Part shown: piece after piece, positions 27,671 through 36,319 of the stretch
How positions within the stretch are numbered: position 1 is the stretch's first letter
How the letters are laid out: each line of letters starts with the position of its first letter
Source of the DNA: a virus
Lineage: Duplodnaviria; Caudoviricetes
Length of the DNA stretch: 64,000 nt
Direction: 5' to 3' (one strand)
IMG/VR virus record: IMGVR_UViG_3300006115_000009
Location: 1 to 64,000 of that record
The notes under the pieces: model-generated
Database searches by the model: none
Told to the model about the DNA's origin: nothing
Seen by the model: the letters and a program-made list of their open reading frames with translations, nothing else
Made by a program: the position numbers and the translations under genes

Positions 27671-28084
27671 TTGAACGTTCACTTTTCATCCCAGCACGCA
27701 AACTGGCGTACTCCCGAGGGAATCTACAACCAACTCAACGAAGAGTTTGGGTTCAACTTTGACCCCTGCCCTCTTTACGGGGAGTTCTACGCCGAACAAA
27801 ACGGGGCGGTAGACGGCCTGAAAGTTAATTGGGGGTACACCACCTTTTGTAACCCGCCTTATGGCAAAGAGATAAGTAAGTGGACTGCCAAAGCCCGGGA
27901 AGAAGCCGAGAAGAACAAGACCGTTGTTTTGCTTGTCCCCAGCCGCACCGATACCGCGTGGTGGCACGATGATATTATGAAGGCGGACGAAATCCGGTTC
28001 ATTCGTGGCCGGTTAAAATTTGGCGGGGCAACTAGCGACGCTCCGTTCCCTAGCGCAGTTGTTATTTGGAGGAAAGAGGACTAA
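27671..28084 (+). CDS. Phage DNA N6-adenine methyltransferase (Dam-like, PF05869 type)
   Basis: 'WRTP', 'FNFDPC', 'FCNPPYG', 'LLVPSRTDTAWW', 'IRGRLKFGG', 'APFPS'. Confidence 0.9.
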   Translation: MNVHFSSQHANWRTPEGIYNQLNEEFGFNFDPCPLYGEFYAEQNGAVDGLKVNWGYTTFCNPPYGKEISKWTAKAREEAEKNKTVVLLVPSRTDTAWWHDDIMKADEIRFIRGRLKFGGATSDAPFPSAVVIWRKED

Positions 28085-28323
28085 TGGAGATTCAGACAAA
28101 ATTTAAGTTGGGGGACGTGGTTACCAACCACCTCGACGAAAAGGGACCCGTAACCATCATCGAAACAGTTACGCTGCGCACAGACCGCGGGGCGCAGGAA
28201 ACGTGGGTGACCTACACCTACAACGGGCTTAAAGGCAGCGGTACGGAGTTCTACGGCCAAGAAGAAGATTTAACACTTGTCGAAACGGCCCCCAGCGCCT
28301 ATACTGACGTTGACCCGAAGTAG
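28084..28323 (+). CDS. Hypothetical protein
   Basis: TAATG coupling; 79 aa. Confidence 0.6.
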   Translation: MEIQTKFKLGDVVTNHLDEKGPVTIIETVTLRTDRGAQETWVTYTYNGLKGSGTEFYGQEEDLTLVETAPSAYTDVDPK

Positions 28324-28336
28324 GAAGGAAGAGAAA

Positions 28337-28486
28337 TGACCGACGAAAACACCACCCGCATCAAGTTGGACTTCACCGCGGACGAACTCGAGCAGATTGT
28401 GGCCGGTATGCGAGCAAGCGGGCTCAAGTTTGACGAGTTCTTACAACTCGCGCACGACATGGTGAAACAACAAAATCAACAATAAT
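28337..28486 (+). CDS. 49-aa hypothetical protein
   Basis: GGAAGGA RBS; MTDENTTRIKLDFTADELEQ... Confidence 0.55.
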
Positions 28487-28812
28487 TATCGGCCGCTGTA
28501 AACAATACAATTTGCTGTTCTACAGAAAAGCCTAATTAGCAAACAAAGGTCCAACGCTACTTACGGGGACCTTTAAAAAATTTTTCCCAGAAAAATCGTC
28601 ATTACGCCGCTTCGCGGGAATAATGCTGCACACAGCGAACATTAACCACGTTAACGTTCTATATATAGAGAATATAGTGCTGAAGAGTGGTTAGAAGGCT
28701 GGGTACCTCGAGACCATGCCACGGAAAGACGTGGCTGCCCCCGGATTAAAAATCTCGGCTAAACGAGGCCAGCACAATCCCCACGACAATTATTGCCATC
28801 ACTACAAACGCG

Positions 28813-29562
28813 TCAATCAAGCCCGCGCCACCGGTTCAAACCGTAGGGGTTCTTTGCAGCCTCTGACTTCCACACAACGATAGAACCGTCAGGCAACTTT
28901 ATAAACCTGTCTCCCAGGGTCGCGTACGCAGTGCCCCAGTAACTTTCTGACTCAATTCGTACGCCCTCTAGAACCCGCGAACCGTTCTTGTAGACCCAAG
29001 TTACCTCAAAGGTGGCAGAGGGCGCGAGAAACGATTCTAGGGCCTTCTCATCGAAGTCTGTGTCAATAGGCAATACGTCTACCGTAATCTTGGTGTCGTC
29101 GGTGTCAAATGCGGGCTTGCACTTGGCACAGTTCCCCCCGCAATTTTTTTTGGCACTAGGGGTACTCTTCAAAAGTGAGTCCCCCCACCCCTTCAAACTT
29201 TTGTCTTCCTTCTTGTTGAAGTGGATGTTGTCGATGTTCTTGACGAAATACTTCTCAAAGCCAGAAAGGGACTGAACTGTAGGCACTTTGTCCGTGGCCA
29301 CAATATAGCCGTTCTTGTCGACAAACTCGGTCATGTAGAACTCGCCCTTCTTATAGATGCGTAGTTCCAAACGTTGACGCTGAGCGGTGTCAAGAGCAGT
29401 AAGGATGACGACGCTGTAGTCGGTCACCCCCGCGAAAATTTTTGAAACCTGCTCGATGTTATTGCCCTTCCATACCGCATACTGGAAGATTTCGCCGTCT
29501 GAGATTCGCTTGCACTGTGCCATAGGTACATAGTGTACCAGAAGCCGCCGAAACCTGTCCAC
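28813..29562 (-). CDS. Hypothetical protein
   Basis: 249-aa ORF with normal composition; start uncertain (GTG 29562 or ATG 29523). Confidence 0.6.
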   Translation of the reverse strand: MDRFRRLLVHYVPMAQCKRISDGEIFQYAVWKGNNIEQVSKIFAGVTDYSVVILTALDTAQRQRLELRIYKKGEFYMTEFVDKNGYIVATDKVPTVQSLSGFEKYFVKNIDNIHFNKKEDKSLKGWGDSLLKSTPSAKKNCGGNCAKCKPAFDTDDTKITVDVLPIDTDFDEKALESFLAPSATFEVTWVYKNGSRVLEGVRIESESYWGTAYATLGDRFIKLPDGSIVVWKSEAAKNPYGLNRWRGLD

Positions 29563-29576
29563 TCTTTGTGCTGAAT

Positions 29577-29590
29577 TGAACAGATGTTCG
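29577..29590. promoter_or_regulatory. Candidate LexA (SOS) box
   Basis: TGAAC-AGAT-GTTCG matches the Gram-positive/actinobacterial GAAC-N4-GTTC core, between divergent genes. Confidence 0.5.
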
Positions 29591-29740
29591 GATATATGGC
29601 AATGAATTATATGCGTGTTGGTACCGGGCCGATCTAGTCGTGTTACCGCTTCGCGTCGCTGGCGCGTTATGCTGGTCGCGTAGCGACAACCCCGCTACCG
29701 GCGCGACAAGCGCGCCGCACAGCACAGAAAGGTGACACCT

Positions 29741-30538
29741 ATGTCACGTACTAACAACAACAACAGCACGCGCAAGGCGTGCGGAACTGTATTTACAGAA
29801 CCGACAACGCTTAGCGCGTTTGTCTACAACAACGACGGCGCAACACCGGACGATGACACACAAGCGTTAGTGTCCGTGTCGGTGGAGACTGGCGCGCTAT
29901 TGGCGAACGTCGCGGACGCGGTGTCGTTGTCCGTCGCGGACGCAACGTCCGCTATCGGTAACCGCACCGGCGCGGACGCACAGCGCGCCTATGTCGGCGC
30001 GCTGTTGTCTGGCGCGTGGTCTAGTGCCGTCGCGGACGAAGCGCGCCGACACAGCGGTAACGCGTGGAAGTTCACAACGGCCTGCGTCGTAGACAACGCG
30101 CTCGCGTCGCTTACCATTAACGCGGAAGTAGAAACCGGCGGACACGATGGCAATAACCGGACGTTGTACCTTGTCGCTACTGTGTCTACGTTCGACACCG
30201 GCGCGGAAGTTGTCCACCACGTTCACAGCGCGCGCAACGCTACGCGCATCACCGCGTCGTGCGGTTGCGTTAAGGCTTATCGCGGTGTTGTTGTCGGTGA
30301 TGCGCTAACGCTAGGTGTTCACGATGTAGCGCGCGCTATCCGCGCGTTGCGTGTCGCGGTTGCCGGTAGCGGTACTGTGTCCGCTATCCTGAACGCGGTT
30401 AAGGCACAGGAACAGCACAGCGCGGAACAGTTGTCGAACGTGCCAAACATTTGGACTGGTGGCGTAATCCGTCGCGATAAGGCGCGCGTGTCCGGTGTCG
30501 CGTTGTCGGAAGTGGCGCGCGAGATAGCGACGCGCTAA
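29741..30538 (+). CDS. Hypothetical Ala/Val/Thr-rich protein encoded in strongly purine-pyrimidine-alternating DNA
   Basis: TATGCT -10 at 29668, 5' hairpin, GAAAGG RBS, ATG 29741, downstream perfect hairpin. Confidence 0.65.
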   Translation: MSRTNNNNSTRKACGTVFTEPTTLSAFVYNNDGATPDDDTQALVSVSVETGALLANVADAVSLSVADATSAIGNRTGADAQRAYVGALLSGAWSSAVADEARRHSGNAWKFTTACVVDNALASLTINAEVETGGHDGNNRTLYLVATVSTFDTGAEVVHHVHSARNATRITASCGCVKAYRGVVVGDALTLGVHDVARAIRALRVAVAGSGTVSAILNAVKAQEQHSAEQLSNVPNIWTGGVIRRDKARVSGVALSEVAREIATR

Positions 30539-30545
30539 CCGGCGC

Positions 30546-30580
30546 GGATAACCGGCGCGGAAGTTGCGCGCCGGTTATCC
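30546..30580 (+). terminator. Perfect 14-bp hairpin
   Basis: GGATAACCGGCGCG-N7-CGCGCCGGTTATCC right after the stop codon. Confidence 0.65.
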
Positions 30581-30640
30581 GGTGGCGCGTGTCCGGCGCG
30601 CGTGTCCGTAATGGGCGCGCGCGCCGGTTGCGTGTCCGGC

Positions 30641-30822
30641 GCGACGTGGGCGCGTGGGCGCGCGACGTGGGCGCGTGGGCGCGTGGGCGCGTGGGCGCGT
30701 GGGCGCGTGGGCGCGTGGGCGCGCGACGTGGGCGCGTGGGCGCGTGGGCGCGTGGGCGCGTGGGCGCGTGGGCGCGTGGGCGCGTGGGCGCGTGGGCGCG
30801 CGACGTGGGCGCGTGGGCGCGT
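30641..30822. repeat. Tandem array (GGGCGCGT)n with interspersed GGGCGCGCGACGT variants
   Basis: About 20 units read directly. Confidence 0.95.
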
Positions 30823-30826
30823 GTCG

Positions 30827-30870
30827 TTGTCCACAACTTATCAACAAGTAATCCACAGGGCTGTGGATAA
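30827..30870. promoter_or_regulatory. Cluster of four DnaA boxes
   Basis: TTGTCCACA 30827, TTATCAACA 30838, TAATCCACA 30849, TGTGGATAA 30862 (reverse TTATCCACA); 11-bp spacing of the first three. Confidence 0.8.
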
Positions 30871-30960
30871 CCCTCGATCGGCCCCTATCGCGCCCGTGTA
30901 TGCGCGTGCGCCGAGAGCGTTTCAGGAAATTCCCCGTGTGCGCGATGTATTTCAGGGGTG

Positions 30961-31132
30961 GTCACGCGTGCGTAATCGCGCCCGTGTGCGCGTGCGCGCC
31001 CGTGTGCGCGTGCGCCTGCGCGCCCGTGTGCGTGCGTGCGTGTGCGCGCCATCGCGCGTATGCGTGCGCCTGCGTGTGCGCGTGTGCGCGCGTGCCATCG
31101 CGCGCGTGTGTGAGCGCGCGTGCGAGCGCGCG
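30961..31132. repeat. Degenerate (GTGCGC)n microsatellite
   Basis: Alternating purine-pyrimidine tract read directly. Confidence 0.85.
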
Positions 31133-31199
31133 ATAATTCTGTAAATACGCGCCACGCGTGAGAGAAATTTAGGGAATTGCCCGACGTGCGAATGTGTTC

Positions 31200-31400
31200 C
31201 TGGAAATCGCGCGCGTGTGTGAGGGAATTCCAGGAAATCCTCGCGTGTGTGCGTACACTACGCGCGGAGGCGCATCAGGAAATCGCGCAAGTGTGTGGGA
31301 AATCCTTTTTTTCCCGCGCGCAAACCCTTTTTTTACGCGTGCGCGCAACTCCTTTTTTTTCGCGCGCGTATGCGGGCAGCATTTTTTTTCGCGCGCGATA
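31200..31400. repeat. GGAAATC..CGTGTG iteron-like repeats and four T7-8 tracts separated by CGCG blocks
   Basis: GGAAAT-led copies near 30924, 31202, 31231, 31278, 31298; T-tracts near 31306, 31327, 31353, 31382. Confidence 0.65.
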
Positions 31401-31521
31401 AATCGTGCTGACCAATCGCGCGACGGCGCACACCACCGTCACCAGGAAAATTCACGGAATTCTCTGTGGTGGAATTGTATAGTGGGGTGGTATCGCGCTC
31501 GAGGTGGCACTACCACCTCCC

Positions 31522-31671
31522 CTATTCGGGGAGGCGGCGTGCGCTTGGGTGACGGCGCTTGGCCTGTTCGACGGCCTCGGCCTCGGCCAACTGAAGGGCG
31601 GCCTCCTGCCAGTTCCAGACCAGAGCGACCACGCCGTTGCTGGCGTTCTTGCGGTGTTCGGACTTCTTCAT
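31522..31671 (-). CDS. 49-aa protein, leftward cassette
   Basis: -10 TAATCT, hairpin, GAAAGGA RBS, MKKSEHRKNASNGVVALVWNWQEAALQ... Confidence 0.7.
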   Translation of the reverse strand: MKKSEHRKNASNGVVALVWNWQEAALQLAEAEAVEQAKRRHPSARRLPE

Positions 31672-31815
31672 AGTGTTCCTTTCACTTAGCGGGCTTGTCC
31701 CGCTGAAACCAGATTAACACAACGGCTCGCATCGCGCACGCGCGATTCGATCGGCCAGTGATATGCTGGATTTCGTCAGGGGGCAAGCCCCTGCCAATAC
31801 CCCAAGGGGATACTA

Positions 31816-31959
31816 ATGGCTTTCACTCAGCGACTTCAGGGCGACGTTTCAACCGGCAACGGAATGGGCGTAAACGCTTTCGGGCAAGAGGTGCGTATTG
31901 AGTTCTGCTGTCGGAACAACGCCGACGGCTACGACTGCGGTTGCGGAGAGGAGTGGTGA
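31816..31959 (+). CDS. 47-aa Cys-containing protein
   Basis: Cassette promoter and RBS; MAFTQRLQG...FCCRNNADGYDCGCGEEW. Confidence 0.65.
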   Translation: MAFTQRLQGDVSTGNGMGVNAFGQEVRIEFCCRNNADGYDCGCGEEW

Positions 31960-32058
31960 GAGGGGCAATCGCGCGCATACGCAATCGCGCCCGCGCGATG
32001 GAACCGGCTTAGTAATCTGTTGATGTAGTGATGTTGCTACCTTACGAAAGGATTTATT

Positions 32059-32157
32059 ATGTGCGAACACGGCGAGAAGTCATCAGAGCAGGTCTGCGGT
32101 ATCTGCTGGGGTGAGCCTACCCCCACCCTTGTCGCTCTCCTCGGTTGGGGGGAGTGA
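32059..32157 (+). CDS. 32-aa CxH..CxxC peptide
   Basis: Cassette promoter, GAAAGGA RBS; MCEHGEKSSEQVCGICWGEP... Confidence 0.55.
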   Translation: MCEHGEKSSEQVCGICWGEPTPTLVALLGWGE

Positions 32158-32502
32158 TGGGGGTCATCGCGCACGTGTACGCGTATGGGCGCGATGGTCA
32201 TCGTGTTTATGAAATCGTGCGCCCGCAAATGGTAAGTTCTCGGAAGCATTTCATAAAACGTTTGTGACGCAGATTTGTTTCATCGCGCTAAAAAAAATGC
32301 CTTATCGCTTTTCCACGCCCCGATTTGATTTTATCGCTATTTGGGGTAGGCGGACAGCAAGACTAAGGCATAACCCGAGGACGCAGTGCCGGTGGGCATA
32401 CCAACAGTGTAGCACAGGGGGAAGCATCGCGCTCGCGCGATTAGAAGCGTTTCTGGTATTCTGGTGGTGTTCCGGCGAAAGGCGTCGGGCGGAAAGGTAG
32501 TT

Positions 32503-32724
32503 ATGTCGGTTCCACGTCACCACCGCAACGCGGTCTTGGCTCAGTTGTTTGAGTTCCTTACTCTCGTTGTGGGTGCTATTACCCTTGTTCTCACTGAGAC
32601 TGTGTTGTTCTGGCAATACTCAGGCAACGAGTTCGGTGCGTTCCTGCTGTTCTTGCTGTTCTTCGTGGCCGGTGGGGTTCTCATCCCTATCATCGTAAAG
32701 CGGTTTAGGGCTCTGTTCCTGTAA
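32503..32724 (+). CDS. Small two-TM membrane protein
   Basis: Cassette promoter, GAAAGGT RBS; two hydrophobic segments. Confidence 0.7.
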   Translation: MSVPRHHRNAVLAQLFEFLTLVVGAITLVLTETVLFWQYSGNEFGAFLLFLLFFVAGGVLIPIIVKRFRALFL

Positions 32725-32880
32725 GGGGTCGGTGGGGTGGGTGGTCTAGGCCACCTGCCCCGCCGATTTTTTTGACCATTTGCCTATCGCGCCCGCTCGA
32801 TTATTGCGGGAATCGCGCGCCCTTACTTGGCAGCAACGCCAAAACATTTCATAAAAATCGCGCGTGAAGAAAGTATTTCG

Positions 32881-32930
32881 GAAAGCCGGCCACGTTTTCG
32901 CAAGACTTCCGCGTTCGTGACCGGCTTTCT
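32881..32930 (-). ncRNA. Candidate small structured RNA from the leftward side of the 32958 palindrome
   Basis: TACAAT -10; nested stems whose G-U wobbles work only on the minus strand. Confidence 0.45.
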
Positions 32931-33034
32931 ATTTCCATTGTAGCAAAGTCGGCTCTAATCGCGCTCGCGCGATTTGGACCGCTTCTGGTATTCTGGGGGG
33001 GCAAGGGGAGATGCCCCGAGCGAAAGGCAAGGCT

Positions 33035-33160
33035 ATGAACGGATACGACGAGCAGACACAGCGCATTCTCTCCAACCTTGAGGGCGTGGACTTCACCACC
33101 TTGAGTTTGTGGGAGTTCGAGGACTTGTTCGAGGACCGAGACCCCTTCGAGTTCATTTAG
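33035..33160 (+). CDS. 41-aa acidic peptide
   Basis: MNGYDEQTQRILSNLEGVDFTTLSLWEFEDLFEDRDPFEFI; cassette promoter and RBS. Confidence 0.65.
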   Translation: MNGYDEQTQRILSNLEGVDFTTLSLWEFEDLFEDRDPFEFI

Positions 33161-33275
33161 GCGGTGAGGGGCGGGGGCGCAAGCCCTCGCCCTTTATCCC
33201 CGCAACTCGTATCGCGCACGCGCGATTAGAACCGGATTTGTTATGCTGGGGGGGTAGCCAAACGAAAGGGAGATT

Positions 33276-33467
33276 ATGGCATACAGCGAGACAATAGAGA
33301 GCCGTAGGGGCGAGGTTCTAAAGGGCGCACAGATTACAGAGGTGCTAAAGGCTCACGGCTTAGGCATACAGGGGTTTGCGTCGTTCCTAGATGACATTGG
33401 CGGCCTAGAGGAATACAACGAGGGCGGCATCCTTTGGGAAGAACTGATGGGGTGGTTGGGCTACTAG
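33276..33467 (+). CDS. 63-aa acidic protein
   Basis: Cassette promoter and RBS. Confidence 0.7.
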   Translation: MAYSETIESRRGEVLKGAQITEVLKAHGLGIQGFASFLDDIGGLEEYNEGGILWEELMGWLGY

Positions 33468-33566
33468 CCCAATCACTTCACCCATCGCGCGTATACAGGT
33501 TCTTATCGCGCCCGCGCGATTTGGGGAGTTTTGTTATGCTGGAAACGTCAGAGAGAAAGGACACCA

Positions 33567-33770
33567 ATGAAACTGACACTGAGAGGCAAAAGGGTAGTTG
33601 TGTGGGGCGTTGCGCTGTTGGCGTATGCGCTGGCGTACTTCCACTTCGATAGCGAGATACCGCTAGACAACGTGGACGTTGTGCGTCAATGGGTGGCGGT
33701 CGGCCAGTCGCTACTAGTGGCGGTTCCGGTGCTGTTCGCCGGTGCTTACTTCGCAACACGGAAGGAGTAA
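33567..33770 (+). CDS. Small two-TM membrane protein
   Basis: GAAAGGA RBS; MKLTLRGKRVVVWGVALLAY... Confidence 0.7.
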   Translation: MKLTLRGKRVVVWGVALLAYALAYFHFDSEIPLDNVDVVRQWVAVGQSLLVAVPVLFAGAYFATRKE

Positions 33771-33859
33771 GCAGTACCCTTATCGCGCACGCGCGATTAG
33801 GGGGTCGCTGTGTTATTCTGGATTTGTCGGGGAGACGCCCCGCGGGAAAGGCAACAACA

Positions 33860-34132
33860 ATGGCAACACACACGAGCAACCGAGAGGCGTGGCGTTTCAT
33901 CGCCGAGCGCAAGCCGTTTCAGGGTAGCAACCTACGAGCGGAATACACGCTAGGGGACTACCTTATCTATTCCTACTCAACGCTAGTTGCATACATCGCT
34001 AAGACCGGCGAAACGTGGATTACGCCCGAGAAGTACAGCCAGACAACCGGACGGCACAAGTCGCACATTCGCCGAGGGTTCGAGGCGTACAAGGACAAGC
34101 ACGACACGCCCGAGAAGGTCGCAAGTCTGTAA
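33860..34132 (+). CDS. Phage early hypothetical protein (YSYxTLVA...YSQTTGRH type)
   Basis: Cassette promoter and RBS; motif pattern common in small phage proteins. Confidence 0.7.
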   Translation: MATHTSNREAWRFIAERKPFQGSNLRAEYTLGDYLIYSYSTLVAYIAKTGETWITPEKYSQTTGRHKSHIRRGFEAYKDKHDTPEKVASL

Positions 34133-34291
34133 GTCTGCTAGGGGTCGGGGTGGGTTGCCCTGCCCCCTAGCAACACCCCCCATCGCGCGTTTTGATTTCT
34201 ATACTCTTTCTTCCATCGCGCCCGCGCGATTTGAGCCGTCTGTGTTATTCTGGAAGCAACGGGGAAACGCCCCGAGGGAAAGGCAGGCATT

Positions 34292-34471
34292 ATGTCTGAA
34301 GCACGCACGTCGGTATTCCTCACCGACGTAAAGCCCGAGACGGTTTACGTCTCAGTTAGCCTAGAGGACGATTTGGTCGTTCTCGACCTTGACGGCCTCA
34401 CGGTTTATTCGCCGGTAGCGGTCATCAAGGAAGTTCTGGCTCAGGCTGCCGAGCGCAAGTTGGCCGAGTAG
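34292..34471 (+). CDS. 59-aa protein
   Basis: Cassette promoter and RBS; not in ORF track. Confidence 0.65.
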   Translation: MSEARTSVFLTDVKPETVYVSVSLEDDLVVLDLDGLTVYSPVAVIKEVLAQAAERKLAE

Positions 34472-34593
34472 TCCGAGGGTGGGTCGGGGGGAAACCCCCG
34501 ACCTAGCCCACCACTGCCATCGCGCCCGCGCGATAGAACCCGATTTGTTATGCTGGAAACGTAGGGGGCAAGCCTCTGCGGGAAAGGGTACAA

Positions 34594-34758
34594 ATGTACA
34601 GGTTAATTATTTGCAAGGACGGCTCTATTGAGTCGGAGGTCAAGTTCGACAACTATTCTTCGGCGGTGACGCTCTGTGAGCACCTTCGCCAGCAGGCTTG
34701 GAAGCACGAGGAAGTGGACTCGGAGTACTACGTCACTCGCACTGAAGTCGTGTATTAG
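34594..34758 (+). CDS. 54-aa protein
   Basis: Cassette promoter and RBS; not in ORF track. Confidence 0.65.
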   Translation: MYRLIICKDGSIESEVKFDNYSSAVTLCEHLRQQAWKHEEVDSEYYVTRTEVVY

Positions 34759-34914
34759 GAAAGGTCGGGGTGCAGTTTTGCCCCGCCCTTTTTTATCGCG
34801 CACGACTTTTCCCCATAATAGTCCAGTAATTTCTATCGCGCCCGCGCGATTCGGCCCTTGTTGGGCTAATCTGGGTGTGTTGCCGGAGACGCCGGCGACG
34901 TGGAAGGGGTTCCT

Positions 34915-35298
34915 ATGCTTACAGCAACTAAAGTTGTGGAAGCGGTCAAGGCTAATGGCGGTGTATCGCTGAACATTGACGGCGCAGCGCCCACTAGCGG
35001 TTTTATGGTGTCGCTGGGTGCTAAGTGGTCTTACGTTGCCAGCGCGGACGTGTTGGACGACATTGCCAGCGCCGTGAACGTTGTGGGCGGTTTTCTCAAC
35101 CGGCACAAAGTAGAGTTGTCCGCTAAGACTAACTATCTCGGTGCGTGGTTGTATGAAGGTCAGGTGTACCTAGACGTATCGGAATGCGTGAGCGACATTG
35201 ACGACGCGGTGAACGCCGGCATTGAACGTAATCAAATCGCAGTCTGGGACGTTGTCGCCGGTGCGGAAATCGCCACCGGCGGAAATGGGGAGGTGTGA
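34915..35298 (+). CDS. Phage hypothetical protein (GFMVS...YLGAW...YLDVS...QIAVWD)
   Basis: Cassette promoter; motif pattern recurrent in actinophage early genes. Confidence 0.72.
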   Translation: MLTATKVVEAVKANGGVSLNIDGAAPTSGFMVSLGAKWSYVASADVLDDIASAVNVVGGFLNRHKVELSAKTNYLGAWLYEGQVYLDVSECVSDIDDAVNAGIERNQIAVWDVVAGAEIATGGNGEV

Positions 35299-35638
35299 AT
35301 GCCCCAAATCCTAAATCGCGCACATATTAATCGCGCTCGCGCGATGGAGAAATCCAGCAAATCCCTAGTCGCGCGCGGCACGCCAGGAAAACTTTCATAA
35401 AAACTCCGTGATGAAAGTGTGTTTCTATGAGCGTCTTAGTCGCTCGCTTCGGCGTTCCCTGTTCTCCGGTGTCTAAGAACCTTACCGGCAGTGTCCGTTC
35501 TCACTGTTTGCTACATACCTTTCCTTCCCTCTGTTGCCAATAAGTATAAGCCAAATGTCCCATCGCGCTCGCGCGATTTAGGGATTTCTGGGCTATTCTG
35601 TTTGGGCAGGGGGAAACGCCCCCAGCGAAAGGAAAGAA

Positions 35639-36052
35639 ATGGCAACCATCAACCTAAAGGTGTCGAAGGCGAAACTCGTCTCGGCACTCGAAACCAAGTT
35701 AGAGCAAATCAAGACTAACAAGGCTAACGAAAAGAAGGCACTTCAGGTTCACGAGAAGGCTGTAGAGGCGTGGCGTAAGAAGGTCTTGGCGAGTATCCCC
35801 AAGACCCGAAAGCCGGACGAGTTCTCAGTCTGTACGCTCGGCTACGGCTCGTTCGCTGGCAAGACTAAGGTAGAAATCACCTACTACCTCGACAAAGCCC
35901 CCGAACGTCCTGAGAACGACGTGGAAGCGTTGCCGGACTACGCCTACCGCGAAACAGTGTCGGACATTGAGAGTGCGCTTCGTATCCTCGCCCTGAGCGA
36001 CGAGGAGACAGTCAGCACTAGCACCTACAAGTCTGTGGCTAAGTACCTTTAG
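35639..36052 (+). CDS. Hypothetical basic protein
   Basis: Cassette promoter and RBS, 137 aa. Confidence 0.75.
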   Translation: MATINLKVSKAKLVSALETKLEQIKTNKANEKKALQVHEKAVEAWRKKVLASIPKTRKPDEFSVCTLGYGSFAGKTKVEITYYLDKAPERPENDVEALPDYAYRETVSDIESALRILALSDEETVSTSTYKSVAKYL

Positions 36053-36187
36053 CCCAGCCAAAGGAGTGGGTCGGGGTTCTGCCCCGACCCACTCCGCCTT
36101 TCCCCCTAGGGCATCGCGCACGCGCGATTGGGGGGATTTCTGCTAATCTGGAGTTGTCGGGGGCAAGCCTCGACGGAAAGGGAAACA

Positions 36188-36319
36188 ATGGAAACCATCT
36201 GGCAGTCAGTATTGACAAGCGAGTTCGTATCGGGTCTCGACCCTGACAACTTGCCTTACCTTATCCGCGACTTGGAAAAGTCTGTGGAAGCAGTCTGCCG
36301 TGAGTGGGGGTTGCTCTAA
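36188..36319 (+). CDS. 43-aa protein
   Basis: Cassette promoter and RBS. Confidence 0.6.
   Translation: METIWQSVLTSEFVSGLDPDNLPYLIRDLEKSVEAVCREWGLL

Noticed and set aside
30641-30822. Possible CRISPR array
   Set aside because: 8-13 bp units with no unique spacers; no cas genes. The 16-bp palindromes are separated by genes, not spacers.
30399-31401. Many RAHAPT/GAWARG/RVRA ORFs in the track
   Set aside because: Translations of tandem DNA repeats in all frames, with no RBS or promoter context.
34915-35298. SAM lyase assignment
   Set aside because: Plausible for an early anti-restriction gene, but I could not match T3 SAMase motifs; left as hypothetical.
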